Part shown: in pieces, positions 12,273-22,005 of the stretch
Position numbering within the stretch: the stretch's first letter is position 1
How the letters are laid out: the number at the start of each line of letters is the position of its first letter
The notes under the pieces: generated by a model
Databases searched by the model: none
Told to the model about the DNA's origin: nothing
The model's input: the letters and a program-made list of their open reading frames with translations, nothing else
NCBI RefSeq assembly: GCF_023585785.1
Contig: NZ_CP097765.1
Coordinates: 570,001 to 602,000, forward strand
DNA: 32,000 nt
Direction of reading: 5' to 3'
Source of the DNA: Blochmannia endosymbiont of Camponotus modoc
GTDB taxonomy: Bacteria; Pseudomonadota; Gammaproteobacteria; Enterobacterales; Enterobacteriaceae
Translations under genes and position numbers: made by a program

Positions 12273-14171
12273 TTAGAATGTATTGTATCCTAATAAACCT
12301 TGTTTTTTTAACCAAACCAATAAATTAGAAATAGCTGCAGGAGTTATACCGGAAATGCGAGAAGCCTGTCCAATAGAATAAGGTTTATAATTATTAAGTT
12401 TATCGATAACCTCCTTAGATAATCCAGAAACAATATTGAAATCTATATCAGTCGGTAACAATGTATTTTCATTGTAAATATGTCTTTTTATTTCTTCTTG
12501 TTGATGACGAATATAACCTTCATATTTTATTTGAATTTCAATTTGCTCGAATACTTGACGATCCAATACAGATGGACTAAAAGTACTTAGTTGAGATAAC
12601 TTTGTGTAATTAATTTCTGGCCTTCTCAACAGATCTTCACCATTTGCTTCATGTGTTAACGGTGTTTTAAGAAAATTATTTAACTGTGCAACATCTGCAC
12701 TATACGGGGAAATATAAGTGTTACGTAATCTCTGACGTTCTTTTTCAATATTTTCTTTTTTGCAACAAAAAGCTTTCCACCGTGATTCATCTATCAAACC
12801 TAACTGCCGCGCGGTTTCGGTTAATCTTAAATCAGCATTATCCTCACGTAAAGACAGACGATATTCAGCACGCGAAGTAAACATACGATAAGGTTCTTCT
12901 GTTCCATGCGTACAAAGATCATCTACAAGCACCCCTAAATATGCCTGATCTCTTCTAGGATACCATCCTTCTTTATTTTTGGAAAATCTAGCTGCATTAA
13001 TTCCGGCTAATAATCCTTGGGCAGCTGCTTCTTCATAACCAGTAGTACCATTAATTTGACCAGAAAAAAACAATCCAGAAATAATTTTACTCTCTAATGT
13101 TAACTTTAAATCACGAGGATCAAAAAAATCGTATTCAATAGCATAACCCGGCCTAACTATATCAGCATTCTCTAATCCCTGGATTGATTTAATCATTTGC
13201 ATTTGCACACAAAAAGGTAAACTAGTAGAAATACCATTAAGATATACTTCAGGTGTTGTCAAACCTTCAGGTTCTAAAAAAATTTGATGAGCATTACGAT
13301 CTGAGAAACGAGTTATTTTGTCTTCTATAGATGGACAATATCGAGGTGCTATTCCTTTTATTAAACCTGTATACATAGGGCTCTGATGTAAATTTGATCT
13401 AATTATTTCGTGGGTTTTATTATTAGTATGGGTAATATAACAAGGCATCTGCGTAGGATGTAGTTTTGTAGATCCTATAAATGAAAACACAGGAATGGGA
13501 TCATCACTATATTGTGCGCATAAAGAATCAAAATTTATCCCTTTGGTATGCACACGAGGAGAAGTACCCGTTTTTAACCGACTAACTTGCAAAGATAACT
13601 CTTTCAATCGTTCTGATAACAATGACGATGACTCCGAATCTCCAGATCGACCTCCTCTAAAGTTATTCATCCCAATATGAATCTTGCCATTGAGAAAAGT
13701 TCCGGTTGTCAACACTACAGACGTACCACTAAATTTCATTCCTAATTTTGGAGTAATTACTCCAACAATCCTGTTCCTCCTAACTATTAAATCTTCTACT
13801 GATGCCTGAATAACCAACAAAAATTTTTGATATTCAAGAACATTACGTATTGCCCGTCGATATAATATTTTGTCTGCCTGAGCACGTGTTGCTCTAACAG
13901 CAGCTCCTTTGCTACTATTAAGTACTCTAAATTGAATTCCCGATTGATCGATAGCATAAGCCATCGATCCACCCATCGCATCAATTTCTTTCACTAAATG
14001 TCCTTTTCCTATACCACCAACGGCCGGATTACAAGACATCTGTCCAAGAGTATCAATATTATGAGTAATCAAAAGCGTATTGCATTGCATTCTAGCAGAA
14101 GCCAAAGCTGCTTCTGTCCCAGAATGGCCTCCTCCAACAACAATAACATCAAAATGAGTGGGATAGAACAT
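12273..14171 (-). CDS. mnmG: tRNA uridine-5-carboxymethylaminomethyl modification enzyme MnmG (GidA)
   Basis: 632 aa with [45 protein letters not shown] and [17 protein letters not shown]. Confidence 0.98.
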   Translation of the reverse strand: MFYPTHFDVIVVGGGHSGTEAALASARMQCNTLLITHNIDTLGQMSCNPAVGGIGKGHLVKEIDAMGGSMAYAIDQSGIQFRVLNSSKGAAVRATRAQADKILYRRAIRNVLEYQKFLLVIQASVEDLIVRRNRIVGVITPKLGMKFSGTSVVLTTGTFLNGKIHIGMNNFRGGRSGDSESSSLLSERLKELSLQVSRLKTGTSPRVHTKGINFDSLCAQYSDDPIPVFSFIGSTKLHPTQMPCYITHTNNKTHEIIRSNLHQSPMYTGLIKGIAPRYCPSIEDKITRFSDRNAHQIFLEPEGLTTPEVYLNGISTSLPFCVQMQMIKSIQGLENADIVRPGYAIEYDFFDPRDLKLTLESKIISGLFFSGQINGTTGYEEAAAQGLLAGINAARFSKNKEGWYPRRDQAYLGVLVDDLCTHGTEEPYRMFTSRAEYRLSLREDNADLRLTETARQLGLIDESRWKAFCCKKENIEKERQRLRNTYISPYSADVAQLNNFLKTPLTHEANGEDLLRRPEINYTKLSQLSTFSPSVLDRQVFEQIEIQIKYEGYIRHQQEEIKRHIYNENTLLPTDIDFNIVSGLSKEVIDKLNNYKPYSIGQASRISGITPAAISNLLVWLKKQGLLGYNTF

Positions 14172-14794
14172 ACATCAACCTCATCACATGACCAACACAA
14201 CTCCAACAAGAACGATCCCTAAAATAAAAATAGAAAGAAACTTTTTTGTTTCAATTTAATTCCACACCGCAACTACCAAACGAGAACCCGTCCACGCTGC
14301 GCAGCCGCGTTCGAAACAAGAACGCCTCGCCAACAACTCTTATGTACTTTGCTACACATATACGTGTATGGTCATGGCCGTTGGCCGAACATTTTAACAA
14401 TTATATTTAAAAAAGTCGAAAAATTCAATGAAAAGAATAGATTAAATTATCTGTTTGTTAAAAATAATTTGAAAATAATATTGATTACTGTATGTGATTA
14501 GGATTGTATTATTGAGGATCGTTGTAGTAGTATGTAAAATTTAAAATAAAAATTTGGAAACAAGTTATTATTGTTTATTAATTTTTCTTAATAACTAAAC
14601 CGATGGAAACACTTGAATTAACATTTTAAGTTGTGTTACTATAGAAGATGGGTTCATTTTATTTAGATAGTAAATGCATGTGCGTTTACTATACCATTCC
14701 ATATTAAATAAACAAGTAGTTTTATGATCGGGATTAATATACAGTCATATGTTGTAGTTAAAGATTATGAAAAATTAATAATATTTTATATTAC
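14172..14794. other. Non-coding strand-switch region, candidate replication-origin region
   Basis: Genes to the left (mnmG to glmU) are on the - strand, and most genes to the right are on the +. E. coli oriC is adjacent to mnmG. The region has AT-rich stretches and a GC-rich patch. No consensus DnaA box was recognised by eye. Confidence 0.45.
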
Positions 14795-14868
14795 AGGCTT
14801 GTAGCTCAGGCGGTTAGAGCGCACCCCTGATAAGGGTGAGGACGGTGGTTCAATTCCACTCAGGCCTA
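14795..14868 (+). tRNA. tRNA-Ile (anticodon GAT); the genome encodes TCA rather than CCA after the discriminator base
   Basis: AGGCTTG/CAGGCCT acceptor stem, CACCC-CTGATAA-GGGTG anticodon arm and GGTTCAATTCC T-arm. Near-identical to E. coli tRNA-Ile(GAU). Confidence 0.97.
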
Positions 14869-15204
14869 TCATGAATTGTGATGTATGTAATTAATAGATC
14901 ATGAGAAATGTTCACTAGAATTTATATTCTATTTATGTTTGTATCTGCGTATATTTGATAAATCACTATAAACTATGCGTTAACTATGTTAAATATATGA
15001 TTTATAAATTATCCGTGATACTTGGATAGTGATTTTTATTTTTTGTATTTTACTAAATACGTGTTGAAAAAAAATTAATTTTATAATTATGGATTCCATC
15101 TTCATGAAGGATAGTGGGAATTTGTGATATGTATATAGGTAAAATAAACAATCTGAAACTAAATAGATTTAGAAGATACGTATACATATTAAGGTCACGA
15201 CATT

Positions 15205-16098
15205 ATGCCAATTCGGGTATTAAACAAATTGCCTGCGATAAAAATTTTACAGAATGAAGATGTTTTTGTTATGCAAAAATCACGCAATACTTTTAAAGAA
15301 CAAAGTTCTTTAAAAGTATTGATTCTTAATTTAATGCCAAAAAAAATTGAAACGGAAAATCAATTATTACGTTTGTTATCAAATTCTCCCTTACAAATTG
15401 ATATTCAATTATTGCGCATAGATGGTCATGTTCCTAAAAACACACCTGTTGAGCATTTAAACAACTTTTATTGTAGTTTTTTAGATATCCAATATAAAAA
15501 CTTCGATGGTTTGATCGTAACTGGTGCTCCTTTGGGATTAATTAATTTTGAAAATATAACCTTTTGGCCTCAAATTAAGCAATTATTTTTATGGGCACAA
15601 GAGCATATTAATTCGATATTATTTATTTGTTGGGCGGTACAGGCAGCTTTAAAAGTACTATACAATCTTCCTAAATTTACCCGGAAGCATAAATTAGTAG
15701 GAATTTACCAACATAATACTATAAGTTCACATGCACTTTTAACAAAAGGATTTGATGAAAAATTTTTAGCGCCTCACTCTCGTTATTCGGATTTTCCTAA
15801 AGATGTAATTTATCGGAACACAGATTTAGAAATTTTAGCAGAATCTGATGAAGCAGGTGCATATTTGCTTATTAGTCAAGACAAGCGTTTAATATTTATA
15901 ACTGGACATCCAGAATATGACGCGATGACTTTATCTCAGGAGTATTATAGAGATTTAAAATTAGGATTAAATCCGATGCTACCAGATCATTATTTTCCTC
16001 AAGACAATCCTAATTTAGTTCCTAAGATCAGTTGGAGAAGTCATGCGTATTTATTGTTTGCCAATTGGCTGAATCATTATGTACAAAAAATGTCATAA
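15205..16098 (+). CDS. metA: Homoserine O-succinyltransferase
   Basis: 297 aa with [49 protein letters not shown] and TGHPEYDA. Confidence 0.98.
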   Translation: MPIRVLNKLPAIKILQNEDVFVMQKSRNTFKEQSSLKVLILNLMPKKIETENQLLRLLSNSPLQIDIQLLRIDGHVPKNTPVEHLNNFYCSFLDIQYKNFDGLIVTGAPLGLINFENITFWPQIKQLFLWAQEHINSILFICWAVQAALKVLYNLPKFTRKHKLVGIYQHNTISSHALLTKGFDEKFLAPHSRYSDFPKDVIYRNTDLEILAESDEAGAYLLISQDKRLIFITGHPEYDAMTLSQEYYRDLKLGLNPMLPDHYFPQDNPNLVPKISWRSHAYLLFANWLNHYVQKMS

Positions 16099-16592
16099 AA
16101 CATTTAAGTTCTTTCTGAACAGATTGAGTGAAATGACAATAAACTATTATATTTATTTTGTAAAATTAATTTATGAAATATAAATCCAAAAAGTTATAAA
16201 TGTTTTAAAATTATATAATTTTCTCAAAACTACAGTTTTGTGTTTATTGTCATTGCGCATACAAAAGATTATGTATTTTTTGGTGTCTAGTTGAGATCGA
16301 TGATATTGATTGGTGTATAAAAATATATTTATACATAATCAAGAATTTTTTAATTTTCATAAATATGTGTAGATGTATACAATATTTCTAGAAAAATAAA
16401 TAGTAATTTCGTATATTTAGTTGTTTGTATAAATTTTCACCATATTTATATACGTGAGGTACGATAATTATACATATAAACCATCTACTACATCTATGTC
16501 GTAACTTGAACGAGTTATGGCGAGTTGAATAGTTTGTTTTAAATTTAATTCTGATTCACTTACTTTTGTGATAAAATATAAGAAGATGAATT

Positions 16593-18248
16593 GTGAAAAA
16601 TATAAATCCCATTAGTACACAAGCTTGGCAACACCTCAAACAACATTTTAACGATATGAAGAGCATATCAATTAACGATTTGTTCAATCAAGATAAATAT
16701 AGGTTTGCTCATTTCTCTAAAACATTTAATAATGAAATTTTAGTGGATTATTCAAAAAACTTAATCACGAACGAAACTATTATTAAACTAATATCTTTAG
16801 CTATTGAATGTGATCTGATAGAAGCCATTTCAGATATGTTTCATGGTGAAAAAATTAATCGCAGTGAAGATCGTGCTGCATTGCATATAGCTTTAAGAAA
16901 TATAAAAAATACACCAATTTTAGTAGATGGATCCAACGTAATGCCACAAATAAATGCAGTACTAAATAAAATGAAACAATTTTGTAATCGGGTTATTCAA
17001 GGTAATTGGACAGGTTACACGGATAAAATAATTACAGATATCGTTAATATAGGTATTGGAGGTTCCAATCTTGGGCCTTATATGGTAACTGAAGCATTAA
17101 AACCATATCGAAATCATTTAAATATGCATTTTGTTTCTAATATAGACGGCACGCATATTTTCGAGACATTAAAAAATTTAAATCCAGAAAATACACTATT
17201 TGTAATAGCGTCAAAAACTTTTACTACGCAAGAAACTATGACCAATGCGTTTAGTGCACGTAACTGGTTTTGTAAAGCTACTTCTAATGCACAACATGTG
17301 TCGAAGCATTTTATAGCATTATCCACAAATACCATAGAAGTGCGTAAATTTGGCATTGATCCATCAGAAAATATGTTTAAATTTTGGGATTGGGTAGGAG
17401 GGCGTTATTCATTGTGGTCATCAATTGGTTTACCGATAATGCTATCGGTGGGAGTAAGCAATTTTGAACTATTGCTAACTGGAGCTCATGACATGGATAT
17501 GCATTTTCATAATACACCGTTACATGAAAATCTACCAGTAATTCTAGCGCTGATTGGCATTTGGTACAATAATTTCTTTCAAGTAGAAACTGAAGCCATT
17601 TTTCCTTATGATCAATATATGCACCGTTTTACAGCATATTTACAACAAGTAAATATGGAATCTAACGGAAAATGTGTAGATCGCAATGGATGCCCTATTA
17701 TATATCAGACTGGTCCTATTATATGGGGAGAACCTGGAACTAATGGACAACATTCATTTTATCAATTGCTTCATCAAGGTACTAAAATGGTCCCATGTGA
17801 TTTTATCGCACCAGCAATTAGTCATAATCCTATGTCTGATCATCATGAAAAATTAATATCAAATTTTTTTGCTCAAACTAAAGCCTTGGCTTTTGGAAAT
17901 ACACGTTCAACAGAAATGCAAAAATATGTAAAATTTAAAAAAAATTACAAATATGAACAATGTGTGGTTCCTTTTAAGTTATGTAAAGGAAATAATCCTA
18001 GTAATTCTATTTTAGTCAAAAAAATTACTCCTTATACTTTAGGGGCTTTGATTGCTTTATATGAACATAAAATATTTACGCAAGGTATTATTTTCAATAT
18101 TTATACTTTTGATCAATGGGGGGTGGAATTAGGAAAACAATTGGCTGACAGTATTTTACCAGAATTAAAATATGAAAATATGATTTCTAAAAATCATGAC
18201 AGTTCAACTTATGGTTTAATAGATTGTTACAAATCTTGGCGTAGTTAA
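16593..18248 (+). CDS. pgi: Glucose-6-phosphate isomerase
   Basis: 551 aa with [36 protein letters not shown] and [16 protein letters not shown]. Confidence 0.99.
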   Translation: MKNINPISTQAWQHLKQHFNDMKSISINDLFNQDKYRFAHFSKTFNNEILVDYSKNLITNETIIKLISLAIECDLIEAISDMFHGEKINRSEDRAALHIALRNIKNTPILVDGSNVMPQINAVLNKMKQFCNRVIQGNWTGYTDKIITDIVNIGIGGSNLGPYMVTEALKPYRNHLNMHFVSNIDGTHIFETLKNLNPENTLFVIASKTFTTQETMTNAFSARNWFCKATSNAQHVSKHFIALSTNTIEVRKFGIDPSENMFKFWDWVGGRYSLWSSIGLPIMLSVGVSNFELLLTGAHDMDMHFHNTPLHENLPVILALIGIWYNNFFQVETEAIFPYDQYMHRFTAYLQQVNMESNGKCVDRNGCPIIYQTGPIIWGEPGTNGQHSFYQLLHQGTKMVPCDFIAPAISHNPMSDHHEKLISNFFAQTKALAFGNTRSTEMQKYVKFKKNYKYEQCVVPFKLCKGNNPSNSILVKKITPYTLGALIALYEHKIFTQGIIFNIYTFDQWGVELGKQLADSILPELKYENMISKNHDSSTYGLIDCYKSWRS

Positions 18249-18269
18249 TGCGATTCTTTGATGTATAAA

Positions 18270-18287
18270 ACCACATCTAATTGTGGT
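18270..18287 (-). terminator. Candidate weak terminator of rsmD in the pgi/rsmD convergent gap
   Basis: ACCACA-TCTAAT-TGTGGT forms a 6-bp perfect stem with a 6-nt loop. On the - strand it is followed by TTTTATA. Confidence 0.35.
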
Positions 18288-18339
18288 AGACGTGTGAAAT
18301 AATATGTTTTAAGTAGTGTTTTTATTATATTCAAATATT

Positions 18340-18927
18340 CTATGATCTTCTCAAAAAAAGATAATACATGACATTCCGAGTAATTTTTTTGTGATATAAA
18401 ACCCAATAATTCGGAATGATACTAGTATTAAGAATATTTATTTTTTTTGAAGTTTCTATATAAATCCAAGATTCTTTTTGCAATAGATTATGTCTTTCTA
18501 ATAAAAAAATAACTTCAGGTATAATATTGTCTTGAAAAGGAGGATCAAGAAAGATGACATTATAAGTCGTAGTTGATTGTTGTAACCAAGAACGACAATC
18601 AGTATATATTATCTCACTGTTATATGCTGAAAAAGACTGCATTACTTTCATCAATGCGATAATACAAATATGATTATTATCTAAAAAAGTTACTTTGCTA
18701 GCTCCTCTAGACAATGATTCTAGACCTAATGCACCGCTTCCAGCAAAACAATCTAAACACGCCGCTTTAGAAATAATAGGATCAAGCCAACTAAATAATA
18801 TTTCACGCATGCGATTAGTAGTTGGACGTATCTTAGAATGCCGAGTAATTGGTATGTTTCTTCCCTTCCATTTACCGCCGATAATCTTAATTTTTCTGGA
18901 TACACCTAAATGTAGTTTATTTTTCAT
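18340..18927 (-). CDS. rsmD: 16S rRNA (guanine966-N2)-methyltransferase RsmD
   Basis: 195 aa with GGKWKGRNIPI, RPTTNRMREILFSWL, CLDCFAGSGALGLESLSRGA and the catalytic motif NVIFLDPPF. Divergent from ftsY, as in E. coli. Confidence 0.95.
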   Translation of the reverse strand: MKNKLHLGVSRKIKIIGGKWKGRNIPITRHSKIRPTTNRMREILFSWLDPIISKAACLDCFAGSGALGLESLSRGASKVTFLDNNHICIIALMKVMQSFSAYNSEIIYTDCRSWLQQSTTTYNVIFLDPPFQDNIIPEVIFLLERHNLLQKESWIYIETSKKINILNTSIIPNYWVLYHKKITRNVMYYLFLRRS

Positions 18928-19322
18928 ACATCCATTATATTTCTATATATGAAAATAATAATTCACAGGATATTTTTGTCTTTTGATATGAAAAGATTTT
19001 TATTATAAGCCATGAATCATCAATTTGTTTTATGTTGTATAAATCTAATTACTTGTACATAAACTATAGAAGTGTAAGAATTATAGTTTCTAATATTTCA
19101 TATATCTACAACCCATTTATTTTTTGTTATACTTTTCATTAGTTGTATTTGCGTCATGCAATTATGTGTAGTGTATTACATATAAATATTTTGTATTTTT
19201 GAAAAAAATACAAAATAAACAATATCAATGAAAATTGATTAATAAAGTACGTAATAAAGAACATAAAAATAAATAAAAAATAACATCGTATATGTTAATG
19301 ATAATTATGAGGTTAAATATAT

Positions 19323-20249
19323 ATGAATCGTGCATATAATTTATTTAATAAGCTGAAACAAAGTTTGTTGAATACTCGAAAAAAATTGGGTGATAACATA
19401 ATAGAGTTAATTCGCGATAAAAGAATTGATACTGTTATATTAGATAAAATTAAGAATCAATTATTAATCGCAGACATAAACATACATACTACCCAAAAAA
19501 TCATTAATAATTTGAGAAATTATATTAGTTTTAATACTAACTGTAATGAACAATCTTTTCACGATGCATTACGTAACGAAATGTTAAAAATAGTCACACG
19601 TATCGACAAACCATTATTTTTACAAGAAAAAAAACCATTTATTATATTAATGGTAGGGGTTAATGGTGTTGGAAAGACTACTACTATTGGAAAATTAGCA
19701 CATTATTACCGATTAAAGAATAAAACTGTAATGCTAGCAGCAGGGGATACTTGTAGAGCCGCAGCTGCAGATCAGTTAGAAATTTTGGGAAAACGTAGTG
19801 GTTGCACCGCAGTCATCACAAAAAATACCACCTCCGATTCTGCTTCAATAGTTTTTGATGCTGTTAAAATAGCTAAAATAAAATCTGTTGATTTACTTAT
19901 TATAGACACCGCAGGTAGATTACAAAATAAAATATATGCTATGGAAGAACTAAAAAAAATTATTAGAGTAATAACAAAAATTGATGCAGAGGCGCCTCAT
20001 GAAACCATGTTAGTTCTTGATGCCAATATCGGACAAAATTCTATAAATCAAGTACGCATGTTCAATGAAGCTATTAAAATTACAGGAATAGTTATGACCA
20101 AATTAGACGGTAGTGCTAAAGGAGGAACTCTTTTATCTATTGCTGATCATTTTTCAATACCAATACGATATATTGGAATAGGGCAAAATATTGATGATTT
20201 ACAATCATTTAAATCACACAATTTTGTTGAAGCTATTTTAAAAGAGTAA
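19323..20249 (+). CDS. ftsY: Signal recognition particle receptor FtsY, NG domain only
   Basis: 308 aa with ILMVGVNGVGKTTTIGKLA, DTAGRLQNK and TKLDGSAKGG. It lacks the long acidic A domain of E. coli FtsY. Confidence 0.97.
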   Translation: MNRAYNLFNKLKQSLLNTRKKLGDNIIELIRDKRIDTVILDKIKNQLLIADINIHTTQKIINNLRNYISFNTNCNEQSFHDALRNEMLKIVTRIDKPLFLQEKKPFIILMVGVNGVGKTTTIGKLAHYYRLKNKTVMLAAGDTCRAAAADQLEILGKRSGCTAVITKNTTSDSASIVFDAVKIAKIKSVDLLIIDTAGRLQNKIYAMEELKKIIRVITKIDAEAPHETMLVLDANIGQNSINQVRMFNEAIKITGIVMTKLDGSAKGGTLLSIADHFSIPIRYIGIGQNIDDLQSFKSHNFVEAILKE

Positions 20250-20258
20250 ATTCAATAA

Positions 20259-20290
20259 AAAACACTACTTATAATTTATATGGGTGTTTT
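20259..20290 (+). terminator. Candidate weak terminator after ftsY
   Basis: AAAACAC...GTGTTTT inverted repeat with a 7-bp stem and 18-nt loop, starting 10 nt past the ftsY stop. The large loop and short T tract make it uncertain. Confidence 0.25.
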
Positions 20291-20859
20291 GTAAAAATAA
20301 GATTATTAGTCTGAATAGCAAAAAAAAATATTTTTATAAATAATTATTGAAAATAATGTTATTAATCTTTATGATGCCTTCGGAGGATTTTAATTAAAAG
20401 AGATTAAAGTTTAAATAATTAAAATAGTATTTATGATTTATTGAAGTAAAAAATTCATAAAACAAAAAATATTAATTAAAAAATAAAATTTACAAATAGT
20501 ATATAGATTGACAACAACAAGCAAATCGACCGAATCTGTCGGTATCTGTATATTCTAGATATAATCCACGCATCATTAATGTTCACTTGATATTCAGATT
20601 GTACCAAAATTATCTATGAAGTATTTGATGTTATTAAGGATAATGATTAGTTATAATAGGTAATTTATGATATATTATATATAATTAGAATTAGCAATAA
20701 AATCAATGATGATTATGTTAATAATAAACACTATATAAGTGTTATACATTATTCTATTGTTGATACAAAATTTTTTACAATGGTTCTGATGCAATTGCAT
20801 GCAGACACAATGATGTACCCATAATTATCTGCGTATACATGGTTATTTTAGGAGAATAA

Positions 20860-21705
20860 ATGCCTAAATATATACAAAAAAATGTAACCTTAATTCCTCC
20901 AGGGAACTTAGAAGCTTATATAAGAGTAGCCAATGCTTATGCTATGTTAACAGCAGAAGAAGAAAAAAGGTTAGCTAAACGCTTATACTATAATGGTGAT
21001 TTAGATGCTGCAAAAAAACTCATTGTATCACATTTAAGATTTGTTGTTCATGTTTCTCGTAATTATTCTGGTTATGGATTACCTCAGGCCGATTTAATAC
21101 AAGAAGGTAATATTGGTTTAATGAAGGCTGTTCGTCGATTTAATCCAGAATTAGATGTTCGTTTAGTATCATTTGCTGTACACTGGATTAAATCCGAAAT
21201 TCATGAATATGTTTTAAAAAATTGGCGCATTGTAAAAATAGCTACTACTAAAGCACAGCGTAAATTATTTTTTAATCTACGTAAAACTAAACAACGTTTA
21301 GGTTGGTTTAATGCGGGAGAAATAGAAATAGTCGCAAAGGCGCTAAATGTGACTAGCAAAGATGTGCGCGAAATGGAATCCAGAATGTCAGCACAAGATA
21401 TGACTTTTGAACAATCTTCAGATGAAGATAACCGAGGAATATCAATAGCACCTATTTTATATTTACAAGACAAAATTGTTTCCTCTAATGAAGAAGAATG
21501 GATCGATCAAGTTAGTGATAAATTAAATGCAGCTATAAAGACTTTAGACAAACGCAGTCAACATATTATTCGTGCCCGATGGTTAAATGTAGATAATAAA
21601 AGTACGTTACAAGAATTAGCCAATCAATACGGTGTGTCTGCTGAACGAGTACGTCAATTAGAAAAAAATGCTATGAAAAAAATGAAACTAATTATACAAA
21701 ATTAA
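20860..21705 (+). CDS. rpoH: RNA polymerase heat-shock sigma factor RpoH (sigma32)
   Basis: 281 aa with [25 protein letters not shown], the RpoH box [21 protein letters not shown] and [25 protein letters not shown] lies upstream of the ATG. Confidence 0.98.
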   Translation: MPKYIQKNVTLIPPGNLEAYIRVANAYAMLTAEEEKRLAKRLYYNGDLDAAKKLIVSHLRFVVHVSRNYSGYGLPQADLIQEGNIGLMKAVRRFNPELDVRLVSFAVHWIKSEIHEYVLKNWRIVKIATTKAQRKLFFNLRKTKQRLGWFNAGEIEIVAKALNVTSKDVREMESRMSAQDMTFEQSSDEDNRGISIAPILYLQDKIVSSNEEEWIDQVSDKLNAAIKTLDKRSQHIIRARWLNVDNKSTLQELANQYGVSAERVRQLEKNAMKKMKLIIQN

Positions 21706-22005
21706 TTAAAATTTTTTAAATTTTATTGGTGAAACCAAATAATATAAAAATTATTAAAATGTATATATAAATTATTAATTATTAACCGTTTGATTGTAGT
21801 ATATATATTTGATATAATTCACGTTTATTAATAATTTTTGATGTCACATATTTTTAATTTAAAAAAAGTTATATAGCTATAGAATTAGTTGTAAAGTTAT
21901 TTTGCAATAACCAGATTGACTATTGGGCCATAATACTTTTTTAAATTTTTTACTATAAATTTTTATGAGTACTTCATCTAATCAAAATAGCTCATGGAGT
22001 AAATT

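Noticed and set aside
12686-14222. Several 61-74 aa ORFs overlapping mnmG on both strands, including 13998..14222 +
   Set aside because: All overlap the well-supported mnmG frame. The last one extends past the mnmG start but has low-complexity Ser/Asn-rich sequence and no domain.
15176-15183. ATACGTAT palindrome upstream of metA as a possible MetJ-type met box
   Set aside because: It only loosely resembles AGACGTCT and I see no clear tandem array. No evidence here that metJ is retained.
21726-21738. Hairpin TTGGT-GAA-ACCAA after rpoH
   Set aside because: Short 5-bp stem with no downstream T tract. It may be incidental.
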